A stretch of 64,000 bases of DNA from Tubulanus polymorphus. Its lineage: Eukaryota; Animalia; Nemertea. Of the stretch, positions 50,321 through 64,000 are shown one piece after another. Numbering within the stretch: position 1 is the stretch's first letter; the number at the start of each line of letters is the position of its first letter. The stretch covers positions 9,946,850 to 10,010,849 of the forward strand of contig NC_134029.1 in NCBI RefSeq assembly GCF_964204645.1. The letters are read 5' to 3'. A program made the translations under genes and the position numbers. The notes under the pieces were generated by a model. It saw only the letters and a list, made by a program, of their open reading frames with translations. It did not search any database and was not told the origin of the DNA.

Positions 50321-52566
50321 GATGGCTCCAGTAGCTGCTCAGAAGATACTTCTCTCCGGGGAGAGATGACTTTTGAACGTTGCATCACAGTAGAAAGCCG
50401 CTATGGAAAATTTATGCGGGATATCGACAAATTCCTCACGATGCGTTGGATACAATACAAACTCACTTAAAAGGCTAGATATCTCATCACTTCAAGTCTT
50501 TCAAGGAGACCTTCAGACTGTCCTCGAAGACCTCCGACTGCGCATTTGCCTTAGAAAAGTTCTCCGTAGAGGAGCCATTTCTGGATGCGGTCGTTAGACA
50601 TGTGGGAGCCGTTGACTGCCCATCTCAGCTGGGCCCTGCGTGAATGATGTTGATGGATTTTACACACAGATAGTCAATAGAACGTTTACTAGTGAGATTA
50701 CTTCATGCTCATGTATATACATCCAGATGTATGTTCCACAAAACAAATGTGTCGGTTTGAGTAACTACAGTTGACAAACTGCGGCGTTTTTATGAGCACA
50801 CCTGCGGATCCAAAGCTACCAAAAACATTTTTAATCGTTTTCTTGAAGGAATGTACTAAAGACAAATGCGTACACATAGGCCCCTATCATTAGAGATTTT
50901 TTATGAACTTGAAAAAAATCTAGGAATGGATCCACGCCTGATTATGCGATCGTTTTTATGAGCACCGATTTTGTGCCTGTGTATCATACCCGGACATGCC
51001 GAGTAAGGTCACCTGTTAGCGGCGCGGAACCCCGGGACGATAGTGACGTTTGAGGAAATAGACTCGGAAAATCTCAAAGTATCACAATTCGTTCAAAATC
51101 GCTTCCGAAAATCTTCCACCAATAAACTGAATAAAGCCAACTCAACTGACATTTCAATTTAGCGATTTTTTTCAGTTTCCCCCCATTCATAGAAAATACT
51201 TGAATTATCAAAATATTTACTTTTATCGTAACAGCTTTTGTTCTTGTTCAATGAGCCATTAATTTTGATACACCGATATTTAGGAGCATTCATGGGAACT
51301 TGCTACCCGGGTATGTACTCGGCCATCCCAACCAGTAATCTAAATCCACGCAAAGCTCATAAAAATGCCTGGTCTCAGCAAGTATATTGTTCACTACACC
51401 CAGTCGGTTTGCTTTAAACAAATTGTCACGGGTCGGCCCACTGCAATTAATCAAGGTTTTATTCTATGTGAGAACGAAATTCAACAAATAAAAATTGTTT
51501 GGATTATAGAAAATAGCTTTTATTTATAGAAGATAGCGTAGATATTTAAAGAACTTTACACACTCATTAGGTGATTATAATTATAATCATTCGCTTAACG
51601 ATAAAATAAAATATACATTAAAACTACAGTGCAGATAAAAATCATTATTTCACCCAGGATTGGTTTATAGTAGACTACTAGCGTGTACTACTAACAACTA
51701 AATAAATGTTACCGACTTCGTGTTTTGTTGTTCTGTTGACCGTCGTAAAGCCTAAATCACAATTCATTTTCAGTCGAGTCCACTTTAATTCGTACCCGAC
51801 TTTTTTATTCTGATATTTTATATAAGACCCGTCAAAATCTTTTTGAAAGAATGATCACATTAAATCACATTCATGTAAAGCATTTCGTTCCATACAGCAT
51901 CAACACGTCGTATGTTCAGTCAATCCGTATTGATAAGATCGATGATAAATGTACGAGGTGCCATCCACCATTTACGAGGTGGCGATCGCTGTAGAATGGG
52001 ATTAAGTGGACTTGACTGTACATGCATATATCTTCTGATTCGCTATGGCCGCGTTGTGTATAGCCTATATGGTCAAACTATAGTTCTGGGCGAATTTTAA
52101 TTTGACATAAAACGTTGAACTACAGTTAAGCCTGCGAAACAGCATCCTCCCTTATGCCACGTTCGCGCCAGACGTCGAGTATAGCTAACCGTAGGCCTAT
52201 CATAATCTGTTTGTCACTTAAATCGGGCCATTTGTTGGACTTTGAATTCACCTAAAACGTCCAGATTTAATAGTCCTTGAGATCCATTGAGTTACAGAAA
52301 ATAAAATAAAAGTGTGCATATTAGTGTGGATTTCTTCATATCTTTGCGGTGATAGACATAGTACAAAACGCGTGAATATTCAGCTGTTGAATTACGTGAT
52401 AGGTTCATTTATATGTATCCGCGAGATACTTCTACAGGTATTGGCTTCAACTTAGAATGACATAATGTTCGGACTCCATATCGCTCTGATACCGATAAAC
52501 CCTCTCTTCTTCTGATGGAGGGTATCTTTTATACTGCTTTGAGTCGGCATGTGCAGACAAGGGGAA

Positions 52567-63400
<10,834 letters not shown>

Positions 63401-64000
63401 CTATAAGAAAGAAAACGAATCTGAACTATACATTAATGAGAATGAGAAAGCGTAGGCGCGTAAATATCGCTACCTTCGTTTAAATTATAGTTATTTAGTT
63501 CAAATATTTCTTGATTCAAGCAAATTAAACCACGTCTCATTGCAAAAGGTTCATAAATTCAATTTGATTCAATCTGCTAATAATAAGGCGATAAAGTATT
63601 AATTTGTCATTCTCATTCAAAAATCACTTTTTAGAGTCTATTTCAAGTTGAGAACTGTTCTATTCATCAGTGTTTATATAATGAACAGAAAGTCAGCTGT
63701 TTTCATCAAGGATAGAAGTACAATGTACTCCTGAATGTTGAACCCTTAGATGATGAATCTCGGGAGACTTAAAACCTCTGTGACAATACAGGTGACAAAT
63801 AGTGTCGGTTGTCTCTCTAGATATATATAGCTTTCTAGAAAATATTAAACGATTTATTAAAGAAAGGTTTTCCATTTTATACGTATAGTATGCTTTCTCG
63901 ACGTTTCAAGTTTCTTTCGTCCATCAAGCTACGTACATAATATAATTTGAAAATTGAAAGTAACCCCGTTTCTTTTCGCTACACCTCGGAATAGAATGAG

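Noticed and set aside
63474-63875. Further upstream receptor exons
   Set aside because: Candidate splice phases did not match the 63400 acceptor and the peptides lacked clear iGluR similarity.

Overview
Eukaryotic DNA from an invertebrate metazoan (GT-AG introns, AT-rich; probably a lophotrochozoan or invertebrate deuterostome, species not determinable). It has two very different halves. (1) About 1-39 kb is a nearly continuous pile of nested, mostly decayed transposable elements: two tyrosine-recombinase (DIRS/Ngaro) retrotransposons, two piggyBacs, a hAT with a 6-bp TSD, P-like, pogo, Kolobok/THAP, Gypsy, LINE ORF1 and RNase H pieces, an OTU+MULE element, an unassigned intron-containing P-loop ATPase, and two Penelope-like insertions with minimal hammerhead ribozymes. 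15 of the 16 elements oriented by ORF or PBS face the + strand. The block ends about 0.5 kb upstream of a host gene, which resembles a flamenco-like uni-strand piRNA cluster (inference). (2) About 39.4-64 kb holds a complete 5-exon ING1/2 gene (+) and the 3' part of an AMPA-type ionotropic glutamate receptor gene (-), with MITE, SINE and LINE fragments in introns and the intergenic gap. All family assignments come from motif recognition by eye; no database search was run.
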